From Fistulifera solaris (taxonomy: Eukaryota): 64,000 nt of DNA. A model generated the notes under the pieces. The model was not told the origin of the DNA and made no database searches. It saw only the letters and a list, made by a program, of their open reading frames with translations. The first letter of the stretch is position 1; each line of letters begins with the position of its first letter. The DNA lies in contig AP026133.1 of assembly GCA_030295235.1 (NCBI GenBank), forward strand, positions 744,001 to 808,000, written 5' to 3'. This document shows, piece after piece, positions 45,601 to 57,302 of this stretch. A program made the translations under genes and the position numbers.

Positions 45601-48078
45601 CCAAAAAGTAGCACCTAGTACATCTTCCTCAAATGACATTATTTTGCTAGCTAGCTCGGTAACAGGATGGGCTGTGTGGCTGTCTCTTTTTTCTAAAGGC
45701 TGAAATTCCATGCCTTCCAGTACAAGCTCTTGGAGTTGAAGGTATCTATTAGCACCGGTATTTTGAAAGTTTTCTTCCGTTTCGTCAATTACTTCGGCGT
45801 TCCGCTTCACATCGTCTTCGTCAACTTCCAATGTTTTTAGTGAGTAGCGATTCAGCGATTCAAAAATATGAAATAAGCAAGTTTCGACGCCACTCATTCG
45901 CATTTCCATAGGCTTCTTCACAAGGACACCCCCAAGGTACAGAAGAGTATCGATTGATTGTCTGACCTGGATTCCTACGTTCCCATTGACGCCCCCCTCA
46001 CTTTCGTCGTCATCGGTCTCGCCATCGCCCAAAAGCAAACACAGAGCTTCCAAAATTGGCATTGGCAGTCCGATTAACTTATCACGATCGGTAATGTTGC
46101 ATAACTTTTTATTCAAAACCTTGATAACCAGCGGGAACTCGAGTTCTCGGTTGAGAGTTAAATAGTGAAGGCTCATAATGGCAGAATGCCTCAGTAGATC
46201 AAAGACGGGCGATTTCACATCTTCCGTCAGAAGATGCTGAACCCATCCAATAACGTCAGCGACGTCTCGTATACAGTCATCCTTGGCAAGATCGCAAATA
46301 CTGGCAGCGACAGCCAGTCGAATTTCAGGATCCTTGTCGTAAATGAACAAGCCCAACGAATCGATTACGCGTCGATACATTTTCTTGTTTGTCCGGACAA
46401 TTTGGGGGTACAAGCGTAATACCGTTATTCGTAATTCCATGGAGCCACCATCTTGGACCCACTGCGAGCCAAAGAAGGACCAAATTTGCTGCGCACAGTG
46501 TGAGTCCATGACAAGTGGACCGGCCATGAACTCTAAGAGGTGCAAAAGCTGTAAGCCATCACACGCCTGTGCAGCATTCTGCACTAACTGTAAGTGTACA
46601 GGAAGAAAGGTGATCCCCAAATGAGGGTAAGCCTGAATAAGTCGTTCGAGGAAGCGGTACCAGTTTCGTTGCTCTGAAAGTACCGACAATTGCGAACTCG
46701 CCACCAGGAGTAGCGCTATCTGCATCTCCGAAGAAAGATTCGTCACACCTGTCAAAGAAGCGGAAAGAACAAACTTTCCTAACAAAGATCGATCGCCTTC
46801 CAAAAGACGTGTTCCGATACACGATGAATCGGTGAGAACTTCGGTAGACGCGTCGACTGGAATCGCTAGGATTTCTTGCTTTAGTTGCAGAGCACTCGAG
46901 TGGCAAGCTGAATCATGCAACCATATGCAAGACACCCCCTCCAAAAGCGACCTGACCATAGGAAGGGACGTATTCAATCGTGGGACCGTCCAGTGCACAA
47001 ACAAGTCCAAAAGTGATTTTCGTTCCTCCACCAAATGCGTTGTATGGAGAACAGTGCACCATTGTAATATACCCAAGGGGTCTAAGGGAACTGACGAATT
47101 GCCTGGTGAATCTTTCAAAAGTGTCAACCAATCGACAAGTGCATCGTACACAGGCTTCCATGTGAAGGGACACCAATTCGACCGTTCGCGGCTTTGCCTG
47201 GTCTTGTCTCTCAGAAGGGGTACAATTTCACACAAAAGCACATCGCTCCATTGAACTAATGCAAGTGTATCTTTCTCACCAATGCCGTCGTAATCAATAT
47301 CATCGTCTGGAGCAATTGCTGCCTGTGCTAACAAGACCGTTTCGATAAAGCAGGATTGCATCAACGTCACTTGACGATGATTGTCTTTCGCCATGAGAAT
47401 CACCCGCAATACCCGGATCAACCATTCGAGCAATTTGATTTTGTGGATCAAAGACTCATTGGCCCACACGGACCACAACGTTCTCCATAATTGGTGCAAT
47501 AACATTGACTGCTCTTCGAATGTATGTTCCGACTGCGACAAGAATGTTACCGCGAGCAGTGGCGACAATAGAGCCGGCATACGGATTGCGTTTTCCCGTA
47601 CAAGAGGCATCATTTCACAAACCAACACGGCCCGAGAAGCCGGCAGCTCCAGGCGTCGGTAGGTTTCCAAAATCACCAGAGCCGTCTCTTGGTCGGCAGG
47701 AAGGTGATGAACGATGTTTCTCGCATAACCGCGTGCACACGCGGAAAAACAGGCCGATTCTTCCAAAACTGTCATTCCCGTGGTCAGAACAGGGAGAGAT
47801 TCTTTTGTATCCATGTTCTCAAAAGGCATACGCGATGGAAGGATGCAAGTCCGATCGCGAGAGTGTTTCAGTATTGTAGCCTCCGGCAAATCATCGTTCG
47901 AGCTAGTAATGAATTCACAACATGCTTGTGCCAAGGAGCGTCCGAGAGAAGCCGCTACAGCGTGCGGCATTTGTTGTTGTTGTTCTGGTTGTGTGAATTG
48001 TCGTTGACATTGTTGCAGCAAAGATTGAATACGTTGCTCCTTCTTCTTGGCATCATTGGTGTGAGACGAAAGAGGCAT
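42670..48078 (-). CDS. Large helical-repeat protein, possibly focadhesin/RST1-like
   Basis: Uninterrupted 1802-aa Leu-rich ORF. ARM/HEAT-like segment PEIRLAVAASICDLAK. The family assignment is from recollection only. Confidence 0.6.
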   Translation of the reverse strand: MPLSSHTNDAKKKEQRIQSLLQQCQRQFTQPEQQQQMPHAVAASLGRSLAQACCEFITSSNDDLPEATILKHSRDRTCILPSRMPFENMDTKESLPVLTTGMTVLEESACFSACARGYARNIVHHLPADQETALVILETYRRLELPASRAVLVCEMMPLVRENAIRMPALLSPLLAVTFLSQSEHTFEEQSMLLHQLWRTLWSVWANESLIHKIKLLEWLIRVLRVILMAKDNHRQVTLMQSCFIETVLLAQAAIAPDDDIDYDGIGEKDTLALVQWSDVLLCEIVPLLRDKTRQSRERSNWCPFTWKPVYDALVDWLTLLKDSPGNSSVPLDPLGILQWCTVLHTTHLVEERKSLLDLFVHWTVPRLNTSLPMVRSLLEGVSCIWLHDSACHSSALQLKQEILAIPVDASTEVLTDSSCIGTRLLEGDRSLLGKFVLSASLTGVTNLSSEMQIALLLVASSQLSVLSEQRNWYRFLERLIQAYPHLGITFLPVHLQLVQNAAQACDGLQLLHLLEFMAGPLVMDSHCAQQIWSFFGSQWVQDGGSMELRITVLRLYPQIVRTNKKMYRRVIDSLGLFIYDKDPEIRLAVAASICDLAKDDCIRDVADVIGWVQHLLTEDVKSPVFDLLRHSAIMSLHYLTLNRELEFPLVIKVLNKKLCNITDRDKLIGLPMPILEALCLLLGDGETDDDESEGGVNGNVGIQVRQSIDTLLYLGGVLVKKPMEMRMSGVETCLFHIFESLNRYSLKTLEVDEDDVKRNAEVIDETEENFQNTGANRYLQLQELVLEGMEFQPLEKRDSHTAHPVTELASKIMSFEEDVLGATFWQKRSSPRRGGRAFRDKLSRERKLRDALPSFSLLTSLRATQRSNEYAIALLWASDGTQLTILRDNADACIENADPLILAFAVKGFLRISGLCLRLATETPSSLLNEIRDWNEVFVSPDAMFVSLTSFAVSLSEKGPSDEGLRSEIEAVADDTLASFQANEFQNESIGKICLGLCGAVYIHLGEFRKAVELLDLLEHSVRGYSGQQDFGAYFGVSIIAQTVEVVSKSECPSLSIDEMATLTSKAAAFIVEELLSCFEDGGNVTTSLLACIKAGHATPDLMVSLERLGSNSLSLLGVKRTIARSLFISSSIGLPSLGVFDGNLLAALFRLLNSFEWMSGKGIALGSILWQCDKYQLIDNAELDLMYNEYASILQRRIDESHVKSDALGEIFYIVNGNPRALITPKYIDNRIVGNAELFDDQGRATALIACVLSICSMPALGLTSFSDIPRIHTKNMEADVQNVTETVLAASNVGDGSIYSSMGVILLGILASIKQEIFGEETLSKINLTSKPFDKDFTDQRAEDITISSRPQLGTLSEGVFTLLERSYSITHDSTRLSFSLTALGSISLPGEFAKGIIPKILQDGRWSGEAGVSLLRSQLHGRRSVLQDGREFVDLAIHIFASSPDRWHHIIVDESARNLYIKEVDKILPRLSITALGSSTRNIWRLCIHPGTGSQAMAILFLDSMGRLLAESGLSSKGKEILSDFLCSECYESLIAEPYSDGSIASDGCIALSSHFVRCVQSIPLATIEGSKILSLSVRDTKSSLAQESFRAFVFLQLVSVDDRFSASKKQALVKHYQCWLIQSLACLKSFHFVEIGCLRLLHQMFATLTSLHSAESKRETLFCILDTMLLASVWTVSASLELIGMLLSTWRHDLEDCSDIVGVLLKLSSQQMEILTSLEQEILFKGVVTEFPRNLSFFVTSENCAQFSNIIQRLHLRCDGTLPGTISQQTLFALFFCQSVLWKNSSFFLEATKYMVV

Positions 48079-48782
48079 AGTGCGATTCTTCGACTGTTCT
48101 TTCCGACAAATGAGTGAAGACTAGCGTATAAGTCGTGTTAAAGATGGAAAATCATGAAGGTACTCAATTAACAAATTATCATTGATGACATTATCCTTTT
48201 CGGATAAACAAATAATGTAATTGATAAGAGGGGAAGAAGAAGAAGCATCAATGAAAGGTTACAATGTCATTTGTGGCAACCAGACCCAAGATAGATTGTC
48301 TCTTGTTGATGGAAAAGTTATCACTATGACATAGTTCACGTTCCACAAATAATAATGAAGGCGGGTTTGAATTACGTATTTTGTTTCGTTTTTATGCCGC
48401 ACGACGACAGACGACCAACTATATCGGGGATCGTGGCTCAAGGTCATAATACCGTATCCAGAATTTCTGGAAATTACACCGAATTTTTGTAGGATCCAAA
48501 ACCAAAACCAAAAACACCGTTTCCAGAATTTTTATTAACAGTCACAAGAAGTCACAAGACAAGAGCGACGTGCGTACGATTAGTACATAATACATAACCA
48601 GGTAGGGTCATAATCGCGCGATGCACGAAAAGATAAAAGCCTTAAAAAATAAAAAAATTACTGGTATTATTCCTTTTGATTGTTCTGTCAAAGACCACAC
48701 AATACCTACAACCCAAACTCATTATTTAATTTAGGTTATCATCGCAATCGAGCATCAAAAGCATGCCAGTCGGCCGCTGATC

Positions 48783-50053
48783 ATGCCGGACCATGATCGT
48801 TGTCAGTTTCGCGGAGTTTATCTGCTGCTTTTTCTTTTGATAGAACAACAATGGCGTGCAATCTTGAAGCACTCTTCGACAACAGAATTCACAACGACCC
48901 CACAAGCGACACTTCATTCGAATCTAACGGTAGCAACAACGACACGATTCGCATACGCCTTTTTAGTAGCCGGCTGTGATCCGGTTCGTCCAGCGTATCG
49001 TCCTTTTCTTTCCAATATCGCCGTCGCGACACGTCTTTTAGCCCATCACGGCAGCCAAGCCGACGTCATTGTATTCGTGCAAATGGATTTTCGATCATCA
49101 CACGAGGTATTGCCCGAAAATGACCTTCTCTTGCTAATATCATCTTCTTCTTTACGGGTCCATATACACTACATTCCGAAAACACCCTTCCAAAGTTATT
49201 ATCGAACTCAGTTCGACAAATTCCGTATCCTCAACTTCACACAGTACGACCAAGGTATCTTGTTCATGGACGCCGATGTCATGCCTTTGACAAATCTGGA
49301 TTATTTATTTTCCTTGTCCACTACGGATGCTCGAATAAAAAACAATTGGGTCGTCGCTGGACCAATCGCACCGGCCAATGGTGGATTCTTCTTGTTGCGA
49401 CCGACGCACGGTGCCTTTGAACGCGTTGCCGCTTTGTTACGTGAACAAACAGTTTCGAACAGGATATTTGATTCCGTCCAAGGCTGGGGACACGCTGTGG
49501 GACCGTCGGATTATTGGGAAACACGTACCGGGAAACGAGGCCGTGAATGGACATTTTATGCGGCCCATGCCGACCAAGGCTTCTTGTATCATTGGGTCAA
49601 ATACGAACAAAAGATGTCACCACTATAGTCGGATCAAGAGTTCAGAACTGGGGATGTTGCGATGAACATGGTCAAGTGCAACTGGAAAGCGCCTTTCCTT
49701 TGCGAGACATTGGCATCAATTTGACTCATGATAATACTGTTTCATGGCAGCGCAAACCTCCTCTGACATGCTGGTCCGTACCTGGAAAAGAATGTTTGCC
49801 CGTATATGGCGATTTCATCCATTTTGGTGGTAGACGTAAACCATGGATGAAACCTCCACCCGCCAACCTTACTCGAGCCACGCAATGGGACTCTCCCAAT
49901 CATTTATGGTACTGGACCTACTGGGAAATAAATTCAGAACTAGGACTCAACTTGACAGCCAGTGAATGGGTGACTCCAGAAGATCCTCCTTTGGGATTGA
50001 AGCCGGGCAAGCGACAGGCTTTTCAGGGTCCACCAATTGAGTTGTCACGATAA
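48783..50053 (+). CDS. GT8-like (glycogenin-type) glycosyltransferase; frameshift near 49620
   Basis: N-terminal anchor, FAYAF, KFRILNFTQYD..FMDADV (DxD), NGGFFLLRP, ADQGFLY, IHFGGRRKPW. Confidence 0.85.
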
Positions 50054-50419
50054 CGGATTCCACAGAAAGACCGTTTGAAGCTAAGTTCGAGTCCGTTTTG
50101 CGTCCATTTCAATGATACACCAGCGTCAATATCAAGAACAGTGATACATTGACAATAGTGAAGTGTAGTTTAGGCAACTATTGCTTTGAAAGAGCATAGA
50201 TACTACCCCTGTAATTCATTTTGATTCAAAGGACTGAAATAAATTTGAGTCACAGAAAACAAAGTCGTCTACACTTCACGGTATAGTATTATTTGACGCG
50301 CTTTATCGGAATCCAATCGACGCTAGTTCATTGCAACTTGGTAGACCTCCATCAAATCAATGAGACTCATACAATTCACAAAAGATCTTTGTGATTGGTA
50401 GCGCGCTCATTGCTTGACA

Positions 50420-51013
50420 TGTAAATTCCACACTCCCAGATTTCCTGGGAACATGAAAATCTGGACCAGCTGTATTTTCACGTTCCCAGGAAATCTGGGG
50501 AGTTGACACTGGTCCAAAAAATCTGGACCTATCTGGGAGTGTGGTATTTACACTGGTCCAGAAAATCTGGACCTGCTGTATTTTCACGTTCCCAGGAAAT
50601 CTGGGCGAGTGGTATGTCGAAAAGCCTTGCGAAACGTTGTCTGCGTATTTACTATGGACAATGGTGTTGACCGTTTTTCGCCACGACTGCACTTCAGTCA
50701 TGAATCAGTATTCTTTCGAGCGACAATGCTGCCTACAAAAAGATCGTTTAGCAGCTTTTTTTGAAACCATTATTTGTCGTTATGTGGTCAATACCACTCG
50801 CCCAGATTTCCTGGGAACGTGAAATTACAGCTGGTCCAGATTTTCTGGATTAGTGTCAACTCCCCAGATTTCCTGGGAACGTGAAAATACCGCTGGTCCA
50901 GATTTTTGGACCAGTGTAAATACCACACTCCCAGATTTCCTGGGAACGTGAAAATACAGCAGGTCCAGATTTTCTGGACCAGTGAAATACCACACCCCAC
51001 ACCCCCAGATTTC
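50420..51013. repeat. Foldback-like element: inverted arrays of a ~60-bp palindromic unit around a 175-bp spacer
   Basis: Unit CCCAGATTTCCTGGGAACGTGAAAATACAGCTGGTCCAGATTTTCTGGACCAGTGT. Reverse copies 50456-50615, forward copies 50791-51013, one partial forward copy 50420-50460. Confidence 0.9.
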
Positions 51014-51251
51014 AATTCGTTTCCAAACAACTTTTTCATTCCCTCATAAGATATTCGATGATCAGCTTTTAGATTTATTGCGATCTTATTAAGCTATCAT
51101 AAACTTATACCACGCACAGTGGGGAGCGCCGTTAACGATATTCGTAGCTTTTGGGATCAACGAGACAGAAAAGAAGAAGCGCGTAAAGTCTTGTTATTTC
51201 GAGAGCTTGCATATAGCCGTCCGATCTGAGGCGCCTCTCCTCTTGTTTACA

Positions 51252-52475
51252 ATGCATCCTCACGCCGGAGATAGCAGCAATGAGTATGGGCAGCAAAAAT
51301 ACCGTTGTTGGCACAATTTACAAAACAACTGGGGCATTCTAATTTTCGGGCAAATTGTCTGTTTGCTGGGCTCGGTGACGGGCGCCACACAGTCGCAGTT
51401 GTCGCTGCAATGCCACTGGTCGGCGCCCGGCTTTTCCGTATTTTTATTCTATTCGTGTTTGACGCTCTTCTTAATTCCGCTGTATTACCAACAGAAAAAG
51501 CAGCACGTGAGATTGGAGACGCACGACAGTAATGAGAACGATGATGACGACGCGAACGAGGATCCAACGATAGAAGCAGCCCAAGACACTATATCACCGG
51601 AGAATACTCCATCCGTCGGCGCTTATTTGTTCTTGAATACCATTTGGCTACAAGCTCCACCGTGGTTCTATCTGATTATGGGAAGTTTGGATGTATCCGC
51701 CAGCTTTTGTATTGTATCCGCTTTTTCGTTGACGAACATTACCTCGGTGTCGTTACTAACGGCCTTATCGATACCGACCACGATGGTCTTGTCATGCTTC
51801 TTCTTGAAACGGCGGTACCAGTTGTGGCATTATGTTGGTGTTGCCTTGTGTCTCTTTGGTATTGTCTGTCGTGTCGGGCAAGATTGGAAACAAGATCATC
51901 AGCAAATAGAAGAAGAAGCGGCAGCAACCACCTATCCCCACAAATTCTGGGGGGATGTTCTGGCATGTATGGGTGGTGTGTTCTTTGGTATTAACAATGT
52001 GCTAGGAGAAGTGGCGGTCCAACGACTTGGAGGGCCACTGGAGTTTCTGGGCATGATGGGGTTCTTTGCAGCAATCTTGGCGTTTATTTATTCCATGGTA
52101 ATGGAACGCGACGAGATCCGGGCATTCTTTGTGGAGAGCAGGGATATTTGCCCTGCTCAAACATCGACTCTTCTGCTTTTGGCGTACGTAGCAACCAATG
52201 TATTGGGTTATTATGGAGGAGCTCATTTCCTGCGAGTATCCGAAGCTACCTTCTTCAACCTCAGCTTCCAAACTGGAAGTTTATGGTCGGTTGTGTTTTC
52301 GATTGTGGGGCAACACATTTACCCCGACCCATTGTTTTATGTATCACTCGTGGTTACAGTCTCGGGGGTTGTCGTCTACGAGATGGCGAATAAATCTCGT
52401 CGAGAATCTCGCGATATTGATGGACCAGCATCTCCAGAAGCGACATCCAGTATTCATCTTCGGGAACTATCTTGA
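51252..52475 (+). CDS. SLC35F-like (DMT superfamily) transporter
   Basis: ILIFGQIVCLL, TNITSVSLL, FLKRRYQLWHYVGVALC, GDVLA, EFLGMMGFF, SEATFFNLS; about 10 hydrophobic segments. Confidence 0.85.
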   Translation: MHPHAGDSSNEYGQQKYRCWHNLQNNWGILIFGQIVCLLGSVTGATQSQLSLQCHWSAPGFSVFLFYSCLTLFLIPLYYQQKKQHVRLETHDSNENDDDDANEDPTIEAAQDTISPENTPSVGAYLFLNTIWLQAPPWFYLIMGSLDVSASFCIVSAFSLTNITSVSLLTALSIPTTMVLSCFFLKRRYQLWHYVGVALCLFGIVCRVGQDWKQDHQQIEEEAAATTYPHKFWGDVLACMGGVFFGINNVLGEVAVQRLGGPLEFLGMMGFFAAILAFIYSMVMERDEIRAFFVESRDICPAQTSTLLLLAYVATNVLGYYGGAHFLRVSEATFFNLSFQTGSLWSVVFSIVGQHIYPDPLFYVSLVVTVSGVVVYEMANKSRRESRDIDGPASPEATSSIHLRELS

Positions 52476-52556
52476 AATTATCGATACTGTATCTAACGCA
52501 TAAATAGAATGCATATTAATGATTGACTTTTTACACTTAGCAGGAAACAAACCTTC

Positions 52557-54511
52557 TTACTGCTGCTCCCAAACAACATGGGAAATGCAACATGCGCCGT
52601 CTTTCCTATTGACGTTAGCCCTGATGTTTAAGTCAACCACTAGTCCAACAGGGTTCTCCGTGTGGACAGAAGAATTCGCTACCAGTCTAGCTTTATCTTC
52701 GGAAGAAAGAGAACTTCCATCGGCTTTTTGGACTTGAGCTAGTCGAGTGATTTGTGCACCGGCTGGAATACCGACATGCACGCAGGTTTGGCGTTTGAGA
52801 TATTCAGCGGCACCTTGGACCATCACCGGCGCAGTCACTTTCCTTCCGCCAACTATGTACTCAATGTCCTTGTCTAAATGACAAGCATACTCGCTGCGCT
52901 TCTCGTTGGCTTCGCACAAAATAAGTTCGCTAAACCAGTGCTGAGCATCAGTATCATCAGCGGTATGTCCATGATCATCGTGTTGCAAAGATGCCGTTTC
53001 TGATATCGGCAACCAAAAACGTAGTGTCCCCGACTCAGGAACTCCATAGAGCGCCGTTTTCAAATCCACATAGCCTAATCCACCACATTGTTCGACTTTG
53101 ATTTTCGTTTCGCGCTCTACACTGGATAGGTCCATGACCCAACCCGCTCGATAGTCTTCATCGCTTCGTTGCTCCATGATATTCTTCGCTGTAACGCCAG
53201 GAGAAAGACCGGACACAACAATTGAAGGCAATACTTTATCATGATCGGTTGCTGGCAAAAGTTGGTCCGACATGAGAGTTCTTTCATGACGTACTGGTTC
53301 GAGTCGGTTTCCGATGGGTGACCAAAAAGTAAATGATTGACGGCATTGCTGTTGTTAGGTAATTTTGACACGGGTTTCGGAAAGGAAGTCGTAATGACAG
53401 CACTGGTAATTGACTTCGTACTTCGGTAGTTCGTCCTCCAGTCGACATCGGTGGTCATTATGCGTTGTGCTTCTTCCACAGCTTGAGCAAAATACATGGC
53501 CATCATCCACCCCAGCCACTCATGTTCCATCTTTTTGGGATGCCAATTTCCGCGACCGGGGCATTTACTCGGTGCCCCAAATTCTTGCCAGTTTCGAAAT
53601 CCGGGTGGCTTCTGTGAATCATCTTTCGCTTCATCGAGTAAGGTTGCATCTTGTACCGCATGCTTGGCCATTCCGACGCACATGGCGTCGGAGATAAGTC
53701 CCTGCTTGGCATATGCTTCCACTAAGGAGCACCGTTTGGGATCCGTGTCTAACAGTATCACCATAGGTTTTTGTTCTTTCAGTTGATGCTGACTTTGTCG
53801 TAAATAGCTTTCGAGAACTGCTGCACCACGACCTTCATTCATACTGAAATCCCAGCTAATGACATGTGGGTCACTGCCTAAAAAGTGTTCGAAGCAAAAT
53901 CCGTACGGAAAGGATGGAATCCCTCCAATAGCCGAATTTCGTACCGTCACTTGGATCTGAAAGAGTTTCTGAAGGATGGGCTCGAGTAAATTTCCCAAAA
54001 TAAACGGATACGACTGATGATAATAATTGCCCCGCCCGACCGTGACGGAATATCCCGCAAACGACAAGACAAAGGGTGTTTGTTGGGCCGCCGCGGTTAA
54101 TATTCTTCGTGCGGTGGCTTGGACGGAGCCGTAAGCTTGTACACCTCGTCGAAACATATCTTCCGAGGCCCCGCGGCCTCCGTAGCGACGATAAAACTCA
54201 TTGCGCAAAGCATGTACTGTCTCCCACGGGGTCGACGACTCCGTCGCCGTCGGGTGTTTGCCTTCTTGATGTGTGCTTTGTGATACTATTTCTTGATGCA
54301 GTTCTTCCAGTTGAGTCATTACGGAAATGCTGTCTCCAGAACGCGTAATTACTGCTTCATCGTGGTCTATTAGAGTCCAGAAGAGACCGACGCAGCCCAG
54401 CAAGCCGAGGATTACTATGACGGAATGAAAAACTGGTTTCCGTTTCGATGCTGTCAATGTCCTCCGTGTTCCGCCAGACAGGGGAGCGCGAATCGACTTC
54501 TTCCGTATCAT
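52557..54511 (-). CDS. Type II membrane protein with SGNH/GDSL-like domain (frameshift near 53270)
   Basis: N-terminal TM; AGYSVTVG, RNSAIGG, WDFSMNEG and WHP resemble SGNH blocks. Confidence 0.7.
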
Positions 54512-55368
54512 TCTTTTCTCGCTCTAGGAGCTCTTCGTATTGCATTTCATGAACTCACAATAACGATAACAGACACTAACGAATGCGACAAGGAAAAAAA
54601 TAATGTATGACTTTTTTGTCGTGTTCATTCTTTAATAATTCGCGACGACGAATACCGTTTTAATACCGGTCCGAGAGGGGCTGCTGTTTCACCTTCCACC
54701 ATTACTATACACGTACAAGTAAGTACAAAGTAATGCTGCGTCAACTCAACCACGACAGCCACGAGTACCAGTAAGCTTTACCTGAAGTTGGAATACGTCG
54801 CTTGCTCATCAACTTCCGCCTGTTTTCCCAATGCTGCAACCAAACATGCTGAACAATCAGGATTTCTGTATCTTCAGCTCCAAAGGCAATGAATGCGTAG
54901 AATATATTTTTAAGCAAAAAGCGAACTACCCCAGGAAAGCTGCACCTTGTACTGTAGCTCTGAACTTAGGTTCTCGGCAAGTACGACTGCATTTCAGTCA
55001 TGAATCGTTTATGTGATGTATGAGACATCCGAACAACCATGCTCACTTATACTAACCGCCTAAACATGCTGAAAAAGCCGCATTATGTTATCGTTAGCAA
55101 CAATTGAAATGCATGCGTTTGATGTTTCAGAAAATCTCATGGGGTGTGTAATGATTCATCATTATAGGGTTTCGATGCTACTACCCCAGAACGAAATCGC
55201 TTTCAAAAACTGAGCGACGGGTTGTAAAATGAAAATGAGATTAAATTAAGTCCACTGAAAAGTATTAGGAATTGAAAAGACCAATGTCAGCAAAATCCTC
55301 TTACTAACCAGCCGGAAAAGACAAAGTATGCATTTGTGAGAATAGCATTAGGACTCTGTAAACAAATC

Positions 55369-56276
55369 TTAGTCATTCCAGCACTTTCCCGTGGGATAGA
55401 TCACATTGAGACTCGATTGGGCCGCCATGAAGCCAAGAGATGTGGAAGTACCGGCAATTGCACATCCAACGAGATCGGGAGTTCCGTCTTGAATGCCTAC
55501 CACATCCAACAAGAAATTCTGTTCTGGAAGATAGGCTGCATCAGTTCCTACAAAGAAGCCCGTAGCTCCTCCGATCGCGACGGAAAGACTGGCATCATTC
55601 TTGCTGTTAGCATAAGTGGGCTCTTCAATGCCCTCCAAAGCGCCCGAAAGGAGCGTTCGAGCGACACGCAAGCCACCGTAGAACGCTACACCACAGCCAA
55701 TCCAGGTTCCCAAGAAGACTTGTTGAAACGGCAAGTTCGCCCCTTGCAACGCGTTGACAATGGGTTGCCATGCCGTCCCTGAGCAAAAGGCCGCTGAGCC
55801 CAACAAGATTCCCGTATGAAGTTCTTGTGTGAGATTCAAGCCCGAACCTTTCACCAGGGCTTTTTGATCGAATAGTACGTCATGTGACCCAAGCAGACAC
55901 CAATGGCATCACCCAGACCCGTCGACAGGGCGAAATTCAATGAATCTCCGGCAAATCCTTGTTGCGCAGCGACGATACTTGCCGTCTGCCAGCCAAAACC
56001 GGCGGGAAAGATTTTGCTGACAGTCACTTCGGCCGTGACAATGAAGCGATCGACGAGGGAACTTCGCGTCATTGTCACTGGAGCAGCCGAATCAATAACT
56101 TGCGATGCTTTCGGAACACTGCTGTGGACTTGGCGGCGGGAGAGTTTATTCGCCTTACTATCGGCTTCGTCATCATCATTCTTGAAAGGAGGAATCGCAC
56201 AACACGAAACGGGACGAATTGCCAGAAAGCGACCAGGAACCGTCAGACTGCGACGTGTTATCGATGAGACGAGCAT
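55369..56276 (-). CDS. Hypothetical membrane protein with mitochondrial-type presequence (frameshift near 55855)
   Basis: Arg/Ser-rich MLVSSITRRSL; Gly-rich hydrophobic segments across ORFs 55851-56537 and 55369-55854. Confidence 0.7.
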
Positions 56277-56795
56277 GCTAAGAGTGTGGTTGTAATGAAA
56301 GAGGTTCGATGAGTGGTGTTTGTACACAGACAATAAAGTCTTTTTCTCCTTGCCTTTAAAAGGCACTTTTTGGCGTGCCAAAGTAAAAAGAATTGTTTCG
56401 TCTTGGTGACGACGACGGAAGTTGCCAGTCTTGCTTCCTTTCTCATTCCAAGAAGTTTGAAAAGAACTCTCTGTCTTAGTGTACACAAGAAAATAACACA
56501 CGCCATGTCGCTCTCGTGATTCAAGAGTCACGAGCAACGGCGAATTCTCAATTCCGATCCATTTGGTATGGGTGAAACACGTTTGGACGTCACGTGGTAC
56601 ACCTTGAGAGAGTGTACGCCCATCATCTTAGAGACTTACGTCATCGGATCGACATGGGATCGAAACAAAAAAAATGAAGGACAGAAGCTGTCATCAACCA
56701 CCACACACACCACCACTGGCCGCGTTTTCTGTTTTCTCATTATTCTATTTCTTGCATCATTGCATCCTATCGAAATAACCTTCAACAGCATCACA

Positions 56796-57302
56796 ATGTT
56801 TTCGTTTACGCCTCAAAAGCACACTCAGCGCGTCTTGGCTCGTTCGACACGCTTTCTTTCGTCGGGCGCGACCAACGTCGAACAGCCCAGTCTTCTGCAA
56901 TACGTCTATGTCCATCACGTCAGTCAAACCGTACTACAACATATGCAAGACAAACAATCGGCATGGCTTTGTCGTCATGGACTGGATCGAGGTCTGCAAT
57001 TGGCATCGAATGGGACGTTTTGTTTGTCCTTTCCTTCGCGACCGGGTTATGACGCCGGTCGCGTGTGGACATGGTACGATCCGGTGCAAAAGCAGCACTG
57101 GCTGTCGGTGTATCGGCATCACAAAATCATCGGTCGCTTTCTTCTTTTAGACAGTCGTAATACCCTGCGAACGAGATCCCAGCATCCTCTTATCATCATG
57201 GATGAAATGCGACGACACATTGGTGACACGGTAGATCATATGATCAGTTACATCGATGAACATGAACGTAGAACAGACAACGGTGGACAGGAAGACAAAT
57301 AA
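56796..57302 (+). CDS. Hypothetical protein with possible mitochondrial presequence
   Basis: MFSFTPQKHTQRVLARSTRFLSS followed by a globular region; divergent from the previous gene. Confidence 0.6.
   Translation: MFSFTPQKHTQRVLARSTRFLSSGATNVEQPSLLQYVYVHHVSQTVLQHMQDKQSAWLCRHGLDRGLQLASNGTFCLSFPSRPGYDAGRVWTWYDPVQKQHWLSVYRHHKIIGRFLLLDSRNTLRTRSQHPLIIMDEMRRHIGDTVDHMISYIDEHERRTDNGGQEDK

Noticed and set aside
50420..51013. CRISPR-like array of palindromic repeats
   Set aside because: The units abut without unique spacers, the arms are inverted, no cas genes are present and the context is eukaryotic.
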